From the NCBI GenBank assembly GCA_964555015.1, contig CAZKQV010000006.1, forward strand, positions 18,875 through 82,874: a stretch of 64,000 nt of DNA. The letters run 5' to 3'. The stretch's first letter is position 1; every line of letters starts with the position of its first letter. Under the pieces are notes generated by a model. The model ran no database searches and had not been told where the DNA came from. It saw nothing but the letters and a program-made list of their open reading frames with translations. A program made the position numbers and the translations under genes. Positions 10,089-19,879 of this stretch are shown here, one piece after another. The stretch is from an uncultured Eubacterium sp. GTDB taxonomy: Bacteria; Bacillota; Clostridia; Lachnospirales; Lachnospiraceae.

Positions 10089-10251
10089 ACATCGGACGGG
10101 CAAAGTGAAATGAACAAGAAGGGCGATAGCCCGGATTGTGAATTTCTCTGGCGATTGCGGGATTGCGAAGCAAGGAGCAATCGGCTTTTACAAAAGCAAG
10201 GCAGGCGGGCGGCGGCGGCACAGGCGCATCTGCGGGCATTGGAGGAAAAAT

Positions 10252-11358
10252 ATGACTGGACAGAGATTGGAAGTTTTAGAGAACGGGAAAAAGAGCTATG
10301 ATATTGTGATCAGGGAATCTTTTTCTGATTTATTGAAAGAATTAGAAGTGTTTGATATCGCAAAGAGAAAACTCTGTGTGGTATCTGATTCGGGAATTGA
10401 TGCAATTTACGGAGAAGAAGTAAAGGGCCTTTTGAAGGATAAATGTGCAAAACTTGTGTCATTTGTGTTCCCGGCCGGAGAAGAGCAAAAGAATCTGGAG
10501 ACGGTGAGCAAGTTATATGAATTTCTGATACAGAATCAGTTTGACAGAAAAGATATGCTCATCGCTTTGGGCGGCGGCGTTACCGGCGACCTCACAGGCT
10601 TTGCGGCGGCGTCCTACTTGCGGGGGATTGATTTTGTACAGGTTCCTACAAGTTTGCTTGCACAGGTGGACAGCAGCATCGGAGGAAAAACCGGAGTAGA
10701 CTTTCAGGCTTACAAAAACATGGTGGGAGCATTTTATATGCCGAAGCTGGTGTATATTAACATCAATACGCTGCAGACATTGTCCGAAAGACAGTTTAAA
10801 AGCGGATTGGGCGAAGTGATCAAACACGGCCTGATCAGAGATAAGGATTATTTAAAATATATTTTGAACCATAAAGAGGAAATCGGGAAAAGGGATCAGG
10901 AAGTTATGGCCCAGGTGGTGGAAGGAAGCTGCCAGATCAAACGTGCGGTGGTAGAAGAAGATCCGAAAGAGGCGGGAGTCCGCGCCCTTTTAAATTTCGG
11001 TCACACCTTCGGCCATTCCATTGAAAAGATGATGAACTTTACCTTAACCCATGGCGAGTGCGTGGGGATCGGTTCGATATTGGCCGCTTTGATGTCCAGG
11101 GACAGAGGATATATCACAGAGGAAGAATATGAACAGATCAAAGATTTGTATGATTTCTTTGAATTTGTGCCGGTTCCGGAAGACCTCTCGGTTTCTGATA
11201 TCGTCAAAACCACCAAACTTGATAAAAAAATGGAGCATGGCACCATTAAGTTTATTTTGCTTAAAGAAGTAGGAAATGCCGCCATTTACAAAGATGTCAG
11301 CGACGAAGAATTATTCCATGCATTTACTCTTTATGAGGAACAGAAGGAAGGAAAATGA
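10252..11358 (+). CDS. aroB: 3-dehydroquinate synthase
   Basis: Motif GGGVTGDLTGFAAASYLRGIDFVQVPTSLLAQVDSSIGGKTGV. The ATG at 10252 has GGAGGA 7 nt upstream; the longer 10138 start adds an Arg-rich non-homologous extension. Confidence 0.9.
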   Translation: MTGQRLEVLENGKKSYDIVIRESFSDLLKELEVFDIAKRKLCVVSDSGIDAIYGEEVKGLLKDKCAKLVSFVFPAGEEQKNLETVSKLYEFLIQNQFDRKDMLIALGGGVTGDLTGFAAASYLRGIDFVQVPTSLLAQVDSSIGGKTGVDFQAYKNMVGAFYMPKLVYININTLQTLSERQFKSGLGEVIKHGLIRDKDYLKYILNHKEEIGKRDQEVMAQVVEGSCQIKRAVVEEDPKEAGVRALLNFGHTFGHSIEKMMNFTLTHGECVGIGSILAALMSRDRGYITEEEYEQIKDLYDFFEFVPVPEDLSVSDIVKTTKLDKKMEHGTIKFILLKEVGNAAIYKDVSDEELFHAFTLYEEQKEGK

Positions 11359-11879
11359 AAAGATATATAAAAACAGCCCTTGCCTTTGTGATATTGGTTG
11401 CGGCGGATCAGGCTGCAAAATGGTGGGCGCTGGCAGTATTAAAAGATAAAGAGCCCATTCCCCTGATAAAAGGAGTGTTGGAGCTTTACTACCTTGAAAA
11501 TCGGGGGGCGGCTTTCGGCGTACTTCAAAATCAGCAGTGGTTCTTTTTGATCATTACTCTTCTTGTGGCAGGGGCGATTTTATGGGCCCTGCCCCGCATC
11601 CCACGCGAGAAAAAATACCGGTACTTGTATTGGTGTCTGTGCCTGCTTGGTGCAGGGGCGGTGGGAAATGTGATCGATCGATTATTCCGAAGATACGTAG
11701 TAGATTTTATTTACTTTAAACTCATTGATTTTCCGATATTCAATGTGGCGGATATTTATGTGACAGTGTCAACCTTTTGTCTTGTTATTCTGATCTTCTT
11801 TTATTATAAAGATGAAGATCTGGAGAAAATGGTAAAGAAAAATGACAAAAATAAACCAGGAGGGGAAGGATCCCATTAA
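11355..11879 (+). CDS. lspA: Lipoprotein signal peptidase II
   Basis: Motifs NRGAAFG and FNVADIYV, with four hydrophobic segments. Confidence 0.9.
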   Translation: MKRYIKTALAFVILVAADQAAKWWALAVLKDKEPIPLIKGVLELYYLENRGAAFGVLQNQQWFFLIITLLVAGAILWALPRIPREKKYRYLYWCLCLLGAGAVGNVIDRLFRRYVVDFIYFKLIDFPIFNVADIYVTVSTFCLVILIFFYYKDEDLEKMVKKNDKNKPGGEGSH

Positions 11880-12804
11880 AGAACAGGAGTATTATTACAC
11901 GGTAAGCCAGGAAGAAGAGGGAAAACGCATCGACCAGTTTTTGGCAGGAGAACTCACTTCCAGATCAAGATCGTATATCAAACAGCTCATTCAGGAAGGC
12001 CGCGCCACGCAGAACGGGAAAGTGGTAAAGGCAAGCAGCCGCCTTAAAATAGACGATCAGATCGTTCTTAAGGTACCTCCTTTAAAGGAGCTTGCCGTGA
12101 TGCCGGAGAATATTCCTCTGGATATCCTTTATGAGGATGAGGACGTCATTTTGATCAATAAAGGAAAGGATATGGTGGTGCATCCCTGCCCGGGACGGTA
12201 CTCCGGAACCCTGGTAAATGCCCTTTTATACCATTGCAAAGAAAATCTGTCGGGGATTAACGGGATTTTGCGCCCGGGGATCGTCCACAGGATTGACAAG
12301 GATACGACGGGAGTGCTTGTGGTATGCAAAAACGATATGGCCCATCAAAGTCTGGCGGCGCAGCTTAAAGAGCATTCCATCACGAGAAAGTATGAGGCAA
12401 TCGTATATCATAACTTGAAAACGGAAGAGGGAACCATCGACGCTCCCCTTGCCCGCAGTACAAAAGACCGTAAAAAAATCGCCATCGATCAAACCAGAGG
12501 AAAAAGGGCCGTCACCCACTACCGGGTGCTCTCCCATCTGAACCACCGGTATAATCACATTGAATGCCGGCTGGAAACCGGACGAACTCACCAGATCAGA
12601 GTCCATATGGCAAGCATAGGCCATCCTCTCCTCGGGGATGTGATCTATGGGCCAGGGAAAGCATATCCGGGGACGGTGGGACAGTGCCTCCATGCGAGGA
12701 GCCTTGGGTTTATCCATCCCCGTCACGGAAAATATGTGGAGTTTGAGGCGCCCCTCCCGGAATACTTTACGGATATCCTTAGGAAAAATACTTTACAAAA
12801 CTGA
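11842..12804 (+). CDS. rluD: RluA-family 23S rRNA pseudouridine synthase (RluD-like)
   Basis: N-terminal S4-like domain, catalytic HRIDKDTTGVLVV and GRTHQIRVHM. The lspA-rluD pairing is typical. Confidence 0.85.
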   Translation: MTKINQEGKDPIKEQEYYYTVSQEEEGKRIDQFLAGELTSRSRSYIKQLIQEGRATQNGKVVKASSRLKIDDQIVLKVPPLKELAVMPENIPLDILYEDEDVILINKGKDMVVHPCPGRYSGTLVNALLYHCKENLSGINGILRPGIVHRIDKDTTGVLVVCKNDMAHQSLAAQLKEHSITRKYEAIVYHNLKTEEGTIDAPLARSTKDRKKIAIDQTRGKRAVTHYRVLSHLNHRYNHIECRLETGRTHQIRVHMASIGHPLLGDVIYGPGKAYPGTVGQCLHARSLGFIHPRHGKYVEFEAPLPEYFTDILRKNTLQN

Positions 12805-12843
12805 GTGGGTATGATAAACTTTTCAGAGTGTAAAAATGAATTA

Positions 12844-12888
12844 CCTCTACTAGGGTATGGAGAGACTCCGACCTTATCTTTGTAGAGG
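12844..12888 (+). promoter_or_regulatory. Extended imperfect hairpin in the rpsO 5' leader (candidate S15 autoregulatory element)
   Basis: Nested helices CCTCTAC/GTAGAGG, TAGGGT/ACCTTA and GGAG/CTCC, ending about 12 nt before the SD AGGAGG. Confidence 0.4.
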
Positions 12889-12916
12889 AGTATATCAGAT
12901 TTAGGAGGAATAACAC

Positions 12917-13183
12917 ATGATTACAAAGGAAATGAAACAGGAAATCGTTGCAAAGTATGGAAGAACAGAGGGAGATACCGGTTCACCGGAAGTACAGGTT
13001 GCTATCCTTACAGCAAGAATCAACGACCTTCAGGATCACTTTAAGGCAAATCCTAAGGACCATCATTCCAGAAGAGGACTTTTAAAGATGGTAGGTCAGA
13101 GAAGAAACCTTCTTGGATACCTTAAGTCCAAAGATATCGATCGTTACAGAACATTAATTGAACAGTTAGGTTTAAGAAAATAA
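12917..13183 (+). CDS. rpsO: 30S ribosomal protein S15
   Basis: 88 aa with [13 protein letters not shown] and [21 protein letters not shown]. Confidence 0.97.
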   Translation: MITKEMKQEIVAKYGRTEGDTGSPEVQVAILTARINDLQDHFKANPKDHHSRRGLLKMVGQRRNLLGYLKSKDIDRYRTLIEQLGLRK

Positions 13184-13193
13184 TGTACTTTTT

Positions 13194-13224
13194 GGGGGAT
13201 GCAGTGCATCTCCCATTTTTCTTT
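13194..13224 (+). terminator. Rho-independent terminator after rpsO
   Basis: GGGGGAT / ATCTCCC stem closing a GCAGTGC loop, followed by ATTTTTCTTTT. Confidence 0.75.
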
Positions 13225-13401
13225 TATCCAAAAAAAAGGCAGCAGACCTTCTTTGAGCAGACAAAATGATCCGGATCAAGGAAAAGGATGGCCGGCGGCA
13301 AAGCGGGTATCCATTTTATGAAACTTTATTGAGAGAATTGCTTGTAAATGATTTAAAAATGATATAAAATAAAAATGATTTTGTACAAAAAGAGGTAATA
13401 C

Positions 13402-14061
13402 ATGAAAAAGTCATTTAAAGGAATAATAACTATAGTCGTTTTGGTAATGGCTGTTTTTTTTCTTCTCCAAGGATTGGGATATCATAAGATGAAGGGTCTC
13501 TACGAAGAGGGAATGATTTATTTTGACGAGGCAGATTACCAAAAATCCGGTGAATTATTCCAGGAGGCATTGGAGAAAAAAACGATATTTGGACAAGAAC
13601 TTCAAGAGGATATCCGAGCCTTCCAGGCGGAAGGGTACTATCACCTTGGCGAGACCAAAGAGTCCCTTTCGATTTACGACGAACTGCTTGAAAAAAGTCC
13701 CGACGACAAGGCATATTATCTTATGAAGGGAAGATGCTATATGGAGGAAGGACAGACCGAGGAAGCCATAGAAGTATTTAATCAGGGCTGGGATCACACA
13801 AAAGACGTCGTATTCTTACAGCAGCTTTGCACCATATGTATTAACAACGACGATATGGATGCGGCGCTTTCCTACATTAACGTCGGATTAAAAGAAGGAG
13901 AGGGAGACAAGAAAAAGTTCCTTTTTAACGAAATTGTGATCTACGAAAAAATGCAGGAATACGAAAAAGCTTACGATACGGCCAAGGAATACTGCGAAGC
14001 GTTCCCTGAGGATGAGAACGGAAAAAAAGAGTTAACATTTTTATCCACCAGAATTGGGTAA
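13402..14061 (+). CDS. Membrane-anchored tetratricopeptide (TPR) repeat protein
   Basis: N-terminal TM helix IITIVVLVMAVFFLLQGL followed by repeated TPR-like A/Y/G-patterned helices (for example YQKSGELFQEAL, GRCYMEEGQTEEAIEVF, MQEYEKAYDTAKEY). Confidence 0.65.
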   Translation: MKKSFKGIITIVVLVMAVFFLLQGLGYHKMKGLYEEGMIYFDEADYQKSGELFQEALEKKTIFGQELQEDIRAFQAEGYYHLGETKESLSIYDELLEKSPDDKAYYLMKGRCYMEEGQTEEAIEVFNQGWDHTKDVVFLQQLCTICINNDDMDAALSYINVGLKEGEGDKKKFLFNEIVIYEKMQEYEKAYDTAKEYCEAFPEDENGKKELTFLSTRIG

Positions 14062-14118
14062 AGTATCATAATTGCTATACATAAGTGACAAAAATAGCCT
14101 GAAAAAATGGCTATCATA

Positions 14119-14147
14119 TTGACACTATGTACAAGTAATGGTAAGAT
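14119..14147 (+). promoter_or_regulatory. Sigma-A type promoter for ptsH-ptsI
   Basis: TTGACA - 17 nt - TAAGAT, about 40 nt upstream of the ptsH start. Confidence 0.55.
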
Positions 14148-14188
14148 ATAGTAAATATTAACCTAGATAGGGAAAGGAGAAACTAATT

Positions 14189-14452
14189 ATGGTATCACAA
14201 AAAATTACAATCAACAATCCACAGGGACTTCATATGAGACCGGCAGGTGTTTTTGCAAAGGGTGTTGCAAAGTTCCAGAGTGATGTAATGATCAACTACA
14301 ACGGAAAATCCACCAATGGTAAGAGTCTTCTTAACATCATCGGCGCTTGCATTAAGTGTGGAGCAGAAGTTGAGATCGAATGTAACGGACCGGACGAAGA
14401 AGAAGCATTAAAGACTGCAATCGAAATGATTGAATCTGGTTTAGGAGAATAG
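14189..14452 (+). CDS. ptsH: Phosphocarrier protein HPr
   Basis: 87 aa with the His-15 motif GLHMRPAG and a regulatory Ser region NGKSLLNIIG. Confidence 0.95.
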   Translation: MVSQKITINNPQGLHMRPAGVFAKGVAKFQSDVMINYNGKSTNGKSLLNIIGACIKCGAEVEIECNGPDEEEALKTAIEMIESGLGE

Positions 14453-14480
14453 TAAGAACTTTTAAAATAGGGGTGAATGT

Positions 14481-16187
14481 ATGTATACAGGTATAGGTGC
14501 GTCTGCGGGCATTGGTATTGGTAATGTCATTAGAATTATCGACCCTTCCCTGGAGTATAGTAACGTGTCTGTCAGCGACGGCGAAGCAGAGAAAGCGAGA
14601 TTTAACGAAGCTCTGGAGAAGTGTATTGCTAGAACTCAGGAGATGGCAGAAGATATGAAGACCCGTGTAGGTGAAAAAGAAGCAGAAATTTTAGAAGGGC
14701 ATATTTTGCTTCTCATGGATCCTGAATTGACTGGTCAGATTGAAACAAAAATTACAGATGAAAAAATGTGTGCAGAAGCAGCAGTGGAACAGACCTGCGA
14801 TTTCTATATGGAGATGTTTTCCGCTATAGACGATGAGATGTTCCAGCAAAGGGCAACAGACGTTGGTGATATTAAAACCAGAATGCTTAAGATTTTACTG
14901 AACGTAGAAGATGTGGACCTTGCAGCGGTTCCGGCAGATACGGTTTTAGTTGCAGAAGATTTAACACCGTCTATGACAGCAGGAATTAATCCTGCCAATG
15001 TTGTCGGCGTGTTGACAGAGATCGGTGGAAAGACGTCTCATTCCGCCATTCTGGCAAGAGCATTGGAGATTCCTGCCGTTTTGAGTATTCCGGGAATCGT
15101 TTCCAAGGTGGAAAACGGACAGCAGGTCGTTTTAGACGGCTCCACAGGAAAGGTTTATTTATCTCCGGATGAAAAGACCTTAGAAGAATATAAGGAAAAA
15201 AGAGAATCTTATCTTAAGGCGAAGGCTGAGCTCCTTAAGTTTGTCGGCAAGGCAACACAGACTGCCGATGGAACAAAGGCTGAGTTATGTGCCAATATTG
15301 GTAAACCGGAAGATGCATTAAAGGTTGTGGAATGTGACGGAGAGGGAATTGGTCTTTTCCGTACAGAGTTCCTGTTTATGGACCGTCCGCAGGTGCCGAC
15401 AGAAGACGAGCAGTTTGAAGCCTATAAAAAGGTTGCTACTACTCTGGAAGGCAAACCGGTCATCATTCGTACATTAGATATTGGCGGTGACAAAGAGATT
15501 CCTTATCTGGGACTTGGCAAGGAAGAAAATCCATTCCTTGGATTCCGTGCGATTCGTCTTTGTCTCCAGAGAGAAGACTTGTATCGTCCGCAGCTTCGTG
15601 CTTTGCTTCGTGCAAGCGCATACGGCGAGATCAAGATCATGGTTCCAATGGTAACTTGCGTGGACGAAGTTCGTGCAGTGAAGACAATGCTTGAAGAGAT
15701 CAAGGCAGAGCTTGACGAAAAGGGTATTGCTTACAATAAAGACATTAAAGTCGGTATCATGGTTGAGACTCCGGCAGCAAGTCTGATGGCAGACGTATTC
15801 GCCAAAGAAGTAGATTTCTTTAGTATCGGTACCAACGACCTTACACAGTATACTATGGCAGTTGACAGAGGTAATCCGGACGTTGCTTACCTTTATTCCA
15901 CCTACAATCCGGCAGTGCTTCGCTCCATCGAGAGAGTGATCAAGGCAGGAAAAGCAGAGGGAATTATGGTTGGTATGTGTGGTGAAGCAGCAGCAGATCC
16001 ATTGCTTACTCCGTTATTACTTTCCTTCGGTCTTGACGAATTTAGCGTTAGCGCAACTTCTATCCTTGCCACAAGAAAAGGAATTTCCATGTGGACGATG
16101 GAAGAGGCAAATGAAGTGGCGTCAAAGGCTATGGCTATGGCAACAGAAAAAGAGATCAAAGAATATCTTGAATCTGTAGCCAGATAA
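14481..16187 (+). CDS. ptsI: Phosphoenolpyruvate-protein phosphotransferase (PTS Enzyme I)
   Basis: 568 aa with the phospho-His motif GGKTSHSAILARALEIPAV and a C-terminal PEP-utilizing TIM barrel (FFSIGTNDLTQY). Confidence 0.95.
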   Translation: MYTGIGASAGIGIGNVIRIIDPSLEYSNVSVSDGEAEKARFNEALEKCIARTQEMAEDMKTRVGEKEAEILEGHILLLMDPELTGQIETKITDEKMCAEAAVEQTCDFYMEMFSAIDDEMFQQRATDVGDIKTRMLKILLNVEDVDLAAVPADTVLVAEDLTPSMTAGINPANVVGVLTEIGGKTSHSAILARALEIPAVLSIPGIVSKVENGQQVVLDGSTGKVYLSPDEKTLEEYKEKRESYLKAKAELLKFVGKATQTADGTKAELCANIGKPEDALKVVECDGEGIGLFRTEFLFMDRPQVPTEDEQFEAYKKVATTLEGKPVIIRTLDIGGDKEIPYLGLGKEENPFLGFRAIRLCLQREDLYRPQLRALLRASAYGEIKIMVPMVTCVDEVRAVKTMLEEIKAELDEKGIAYNKDIKVGIMVETPAASLMADVFAKEVDFFSIGTNDLTQYTMAVDRGNPDVAYLYSTYNPAVLRSIERVIKAGKAEGIMVGMCGEAAADPLLTPLLLSFGLDEFSVSATSILATRKGISMWTMEEANEVASKAMAMATEKEIKEYLESVAR

Positions 16188-16315
16188 AAATAATAAAAAT
16201 CAATGATAGCATGGATATCATTTGATTACACATATGACAATGATTAGGCTGTTGCAAAGCAGAAGTAATTCTAACAATTTGGAGTTTATGTATTTGCGGC
16301 AGCCTTTGTCATGAT

Positions 16316-18349
16316 ATGATAATGATTGACAGGATAATTGGGATGACAAAAAGTTTTAATGAAGATCAAAAAAGGGCGATATCTCACAGAAAGGGACCGG
16401 CCATGGTACTTGCCGGACCCGGCTCGGGGAAGACCTTAGTGATTACATACCGTGTCAAATGGCTGATCGAGGAAAAAGGGGTTCATCCCCGTAATATTTT
16501 AGTAGTGACCTTTACCAAAGCGGCGGCAAAGGAAATGGCGGAAAGATTTCATAGTTTTGAGGGATTGGAAGAGGCCGGAGTCATGTTTGGAACATTCCAC
16601 TCTGTTTTTTTCATGATCTTACGATACGCTTATCATTATAATGGCGGCAACATCCTGCGGGAAGATCAAAAAAAGGCTTACATAAAGTCCATCGTTGAAG
16701 AGATGGAGCTAGAGATCGAAGATGAGAACGACTTTTATACCGGAATTTTGGGGGAGATCAGCTATGTGAAGGGAGAGATGCTCTCTTTATCGCATTACCA
16801 CAGCAGCAATTTGGCGGATGAATTGTTCATAAAAATATTCCAGGAATATGAAGAGAAGCTTCGCAGTTCCAATTTACTGGATTTTGACGATATGCTGGTG
16901 TTTTGCTATGATCTGTTAAAGGAAAGGCCGGACATCCTGAAAATGTGGCAGGATAAGTTTCAGTATATCTTGATTGACGAATTTCAGGATATCAACCGGG
17001 TGCAGTATGAGATCATAAAGATGCTGGCAGGTTCCGGAGAGCGCCTTTTTATTGTGGGAGACGACGATCAGTCCATCTATCGGTTCCGGGGAGCAAAGCC
17101 GGAAATTATGTTAAGATTTGAAAAGGATTTTGAGGGAGCGTCTAAGTATGTCTTACATACCAACTACCGATGCAGCGAACAGATTGTGGCCGGTTCATCA
17201 AGATTGATCGGTTACAACCAGAAACGGTTTCCGAAAAATATGCAGGCGGCAAGGGGGAGCAAAGCGCCGATCGCCTATAAGATGATGGAGAATGTCAGTA
17301 AAGAATGCACGGACATTATCCAGGGAATTAAGTTTTATCACCAAAAGGGGATTCCGCTGGAAGAGATGGCCGTGATCTTTCGGACCAACACCCAGCCGAG
17401 ACTTTTGGTGGGGCGTTTGATGGAATATAATATTCCTTTTCAGATGAGAGACCGGATGCCCAATTTGTTTGAACACTGGATTGCAAAAAATATTTTGGCA
17501 TATATAAACTTAGCTCTGGGCAATCGGGAAAGAAGAGTATTTCTTCAGGTGATGAACCGCCCCAAAAGATATATTGCAAGAAACATGGTGACAGAAAAGG
17601 AAATCAGTTTTTCACAGTTAAAGCAAAAAGCTTTTGGAAAACCATGGCTTTCTGAGAGAATTGAGAAAATGGAAGCGGATCTGTCCCTTTTAAAAACTAT
17701 GGAGCCTTATGCGGCGATGGAATATATCAAAAAAGGGATCGGATATGAAGAATACCTTTCGGAATATGCCCAGTTTCGGAAAATGAATCTGGAAGATCTG
17801 GAAGAAGTCTTTCACCAGATTCAGGAGAGCGCCAAACCTTATCACACTTTTGGGGAGTGGTTTGACTATATCAGGCAGTATGGGGAAAGTTTAGAAGAGC
17901 AAAGAAAAAAGGAAAACCAGCTTGCCAGGAAGGGGGTTACGCTGACCACGATGCACAGCGCCAAGGGGCTGGAGTATGAGGTGGTGTTCATCATGGACGT
18001 CAACGACGGCGTTTGTCCCCATAAAAAAGCGGTGAAGGAAGCAGATATTGAAGAAGAACGAAGACTATTCTATGTGGCTGTGACAAGAGCAAAAACATAT
18101 TTATTTTTATATACCGTAAAGGAAATGTACCAAAAAGAAATCCGGCCCTCGGGTTTTATCCGCGAAATTCGTTTTCGCAGGGAAGATTTTTCCAATGGAA
18201 AAAGGGTGAGACACCAGGCTTTTGGAGAAGGAACGGTTCTTTCCGTGAGGGAAGATAAGATAAAAATTCTTTTTGACGGGAAAAAACTAAAAAAGACATT
18301 TTCTTTATCATATGTTTTAGAGAATAATATTTTAGAATCCGCAGAATAA
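16316..18349 (+). CDS. UvrD/PcrA-type superfamily 1 DNA helicase
   Basis: Walker A AGPGSGKT, motif II LIDEFQD, TMHSAKGLEYEVVFI and RRLFYVAVTRAK. The start is uncertain: ATG at 16316, 16322 or 16343, none with a strong SD. Confidence 0.85.
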   Translation: MIMIDRIIGMTKSFNEDQKRAISHRKGPAMVLAGPGSGKTLVITYRVKWLIEEKGVHPRNILVVTFTKAAAKEMAERFHSFEGLEEAGVMFGTFHSVFFMILRYAYHYNGGNILREDQKKAYIKSIVEEMELEIEDENDFYTGILGEISYVKGEMLSLSHYHSSNLADELFIKIFQEYEEKLRSSNLLDFDDMLVFCYDLLKERPDILKMWQDKFQYILIDEFQDINRVQYEIIKMLAGSGERLFIVGDDDQSIYRFRGAKPEIMLRFEKDFEGASKYVLHTNYRCSEQIVAGSSRLIGYNQKRFPKNMQAARGSKAPIAYKMMENVSKECTDIIQGIKFYHQKGIPLEEMAVIFRTNTQPRLLVGRLMEYNIPFQMRDRMPNLFEHWIAKNILAYINLALGNRERRVFLQVMNRPKRYIARNMVTEKEISFSQLKQKAFGKPWLSERIEKMEADLSLLKTMEPYAAMEYIKKGIGYEEYLSEYAQFRKMNLEDLEEVFHQIQESAKPYHTFGEWFDYIRQYGESLEEQRKKENQLARKGVTLTTMHSAKGLEYEVVFIMDVNDGVCPHKKAVKEADIEEERRLFYVAVTRAKTYLFLYTVKEMYQKEIRPSGFIREIRFRREDFSNGKRVRHQAFGEGTVLSVREDKIKILFDGKKLKKTFSLSYVLENNILESAE

Positions 18350-18385
18350 TTTTCTGGGATTTTCATAGCATAGGAGGAAAAATCA

Positions 18386-19216
18386 GTGATTGAAATATTA
18401 AAAGTAATTATTTTGGGAATCGTAGAGGGAATCACGGAATGGCTGCCCATAAGTTCCACAGGCCATATGATCTTAGTGGATGAGTTTATCAAGTTAAATG
18501 TTTCGGAAGAATTTATGGAAATGTTTTTGGTGGTGATTCAGCTTGGAGCGATCCTGGCGGTGTGCGTGCTTTATTTCCACAGACTGAATCCTTTCAGTCC
18601 GAGAAAAACGCGCAGGCAAAAGGAGGGAACCATCAATCTATGGATCAAGGTCATCATTGGCTGTCTTCCGGCGGCGATCATCGGGGTGCCGTTCAACGAC
18701 GCCATCGACGCCTTGTTTTATAATCCACAGACCGTAGCCTGCACGCTGGTGATTTATGGTATTTTATTTATCGTGGTGGAAAACCGCAATAAAAATAAAA
18801 AGTTTGCGATCAATAAGTTTTCCCAGCTTTCCTTTAAGACGGCGTTCCTGATCGGATGTTTCCAGGTGCTTTCTCTGATTCCGGGAACCTCCCGTTCCGG
18901 CGCTACGATCATCGGCGCTATGATCCTTGGAACCTCCCGAAATATTGCAGCGGAATATTCCTTCTTTTTATCCATTCCGGTGATGTTTGGAGCGAGTTTG
19001 CTAAAGATAATAAAGTTCGGCTTTTCCTTCACAGCATACGAGTTTTTGATTCTTGTGATCGGTATGGTGGTGGCATTTTTTGTATCGGTCATTGCCATCA
19101 AGTTCCTGATGAATTATATTAAGAAAAATGATTTCAAGGTTTTTGGAGTATACCGTATCATACTGGGAATTATTTTAATCATATATTTTGCCGGCAAAGC
19201 AATTTTGGGGGCGTAA
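18386..19216 (+). CDS. uppP: Undecaprenyl-diphosphate phosphatase
   Basis: GTG start with AGGAGG 8 nt upstream. Motifs [10 protein letters not shown] and [10 protein letters not shown]. Confidence 0.92.
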   Translation: MIEILKVIILGIVEGITEWLPISSTGHMILVDEFIKLNVSEEFMEMFLVVIQLGAILAVCVLYFHRLNPFSPRKTRRQKEGTINLWIKVIIGCLPAAIIGVPFNDAIDALFYNPQTVACTLVIYGILFIVVENRNKNKKFAINKFSQLSFKTAFLIGCFQVLSLIPGTSRSGATIIGAMILGTSRNIAAEYSFFLSIPVMFGASLLKIIKFGFSFTAYEFLILVIGMVVAFFVSVIAIKFLMNYIKKNDFKVFGVYRIILGIILIIYFAGKAILGA

Positions 19217-19219
19217 TCC

Positions 19220-19783
19220 ATGGGCCGGATCGTTATAACCGAGTGGAATCAGGAGCAATTAAAAATACTGGTAAAAGAGCCGCAGTTATGTGTGGACGCA
19301 ACGGCGGGGACCGGGAGAGACACCGAATTTTTATGTCTCCTTGCGGGTGAGCGGGGAAAGGTGATCGCCATGGATATCCAGGAGGAAGCCATCCGCTTGA
19401 CCGGAAAGAGACTAAAAGAGAAAAATTTAGATTCCAGAGCGACCCTCATTCTGGACGGACATGAGAATATAGACCGATACGTCCGGGAGGAGTCCGCAGA
19501 TCTTATTATGTTTAATCTGGGGTATCTGCCGGGAGGAGACCATGAAAAATCTACCAGGGCGGAGACGACCATCGCCGCCCTGAAAAAAAGTATCTCTTTG
19601 TTAAAAAAAGGCGGGGTGATCAGCGTGATGATTTACAGCGGAGGAGACAGCGGTTTTAAAGAAAGAGATGCGGTGCTCGCATTTTTAAAAACCTTAGATC
19701 ACAGAGAGTGCAGCGTTCTCCTTCATTCCTTTTATAACAAGCCAAACAACCCGCCCATTCCGGTATATATCATGAAAGTATAA
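19220..19783 (+). CDS. mnmM: YtqB/MnmM-type class I SAM-dependent methyltransferase (tRNA mnm5s2U34 methyltransferase family)
   Basis: SAM motif VDATAGTGRDT and FNLGYLPGGD, collinear with my recollection of B. subtilis YtqB. Confidence 0.7.
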   Translation: MGRIVITEWNQEQLKILVKEPQLCVDATAGTGRDTEFLCLLAGERGKVIAMDIQEEAIRLTGKRLKEKNLDSRATLILDGHENIDRYVREESADLIMFNLGYLPGGDHEKSTRAETTIAALKKSISLLKKGGVISVMIYSGGDSGFKERDAVLAFLKTLDHRECSVLLHSFYNKPNNPPIPVYIMKV

Positions 19784-19879
19784 AACAAATTTTTGGCGGT
19801 TTTTTATGGAGTTTCTATGGCCGCCGGAAAGAAATTATTTTAGAATAGTAGCTGCAAATGAGAAAAAAGGAGGATGAAA

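Noticed and set aside
10059-10301. 80-aa ORF and the 10138 N-terminal extension of aroB
   Set aside because: They are Arg/Ala-rich, lack an SD and cross hairpin structures. AroB homology begins at the Met at 10252, which has a good SD.
12226-12726. 166-aa minus-strand ORF antisense to rluD, and similarly 19915-20427 antisense to pyrK
   Set aside because: They overlap well-supported genes and show no motifs or ribosome-binding sites.
13266-13367. 33-aa ORF in the rpsO-TPR spacer
   Set aside because: It has no SD, looks unremarkable, and overlaps the likely promoter of the TPR gene.
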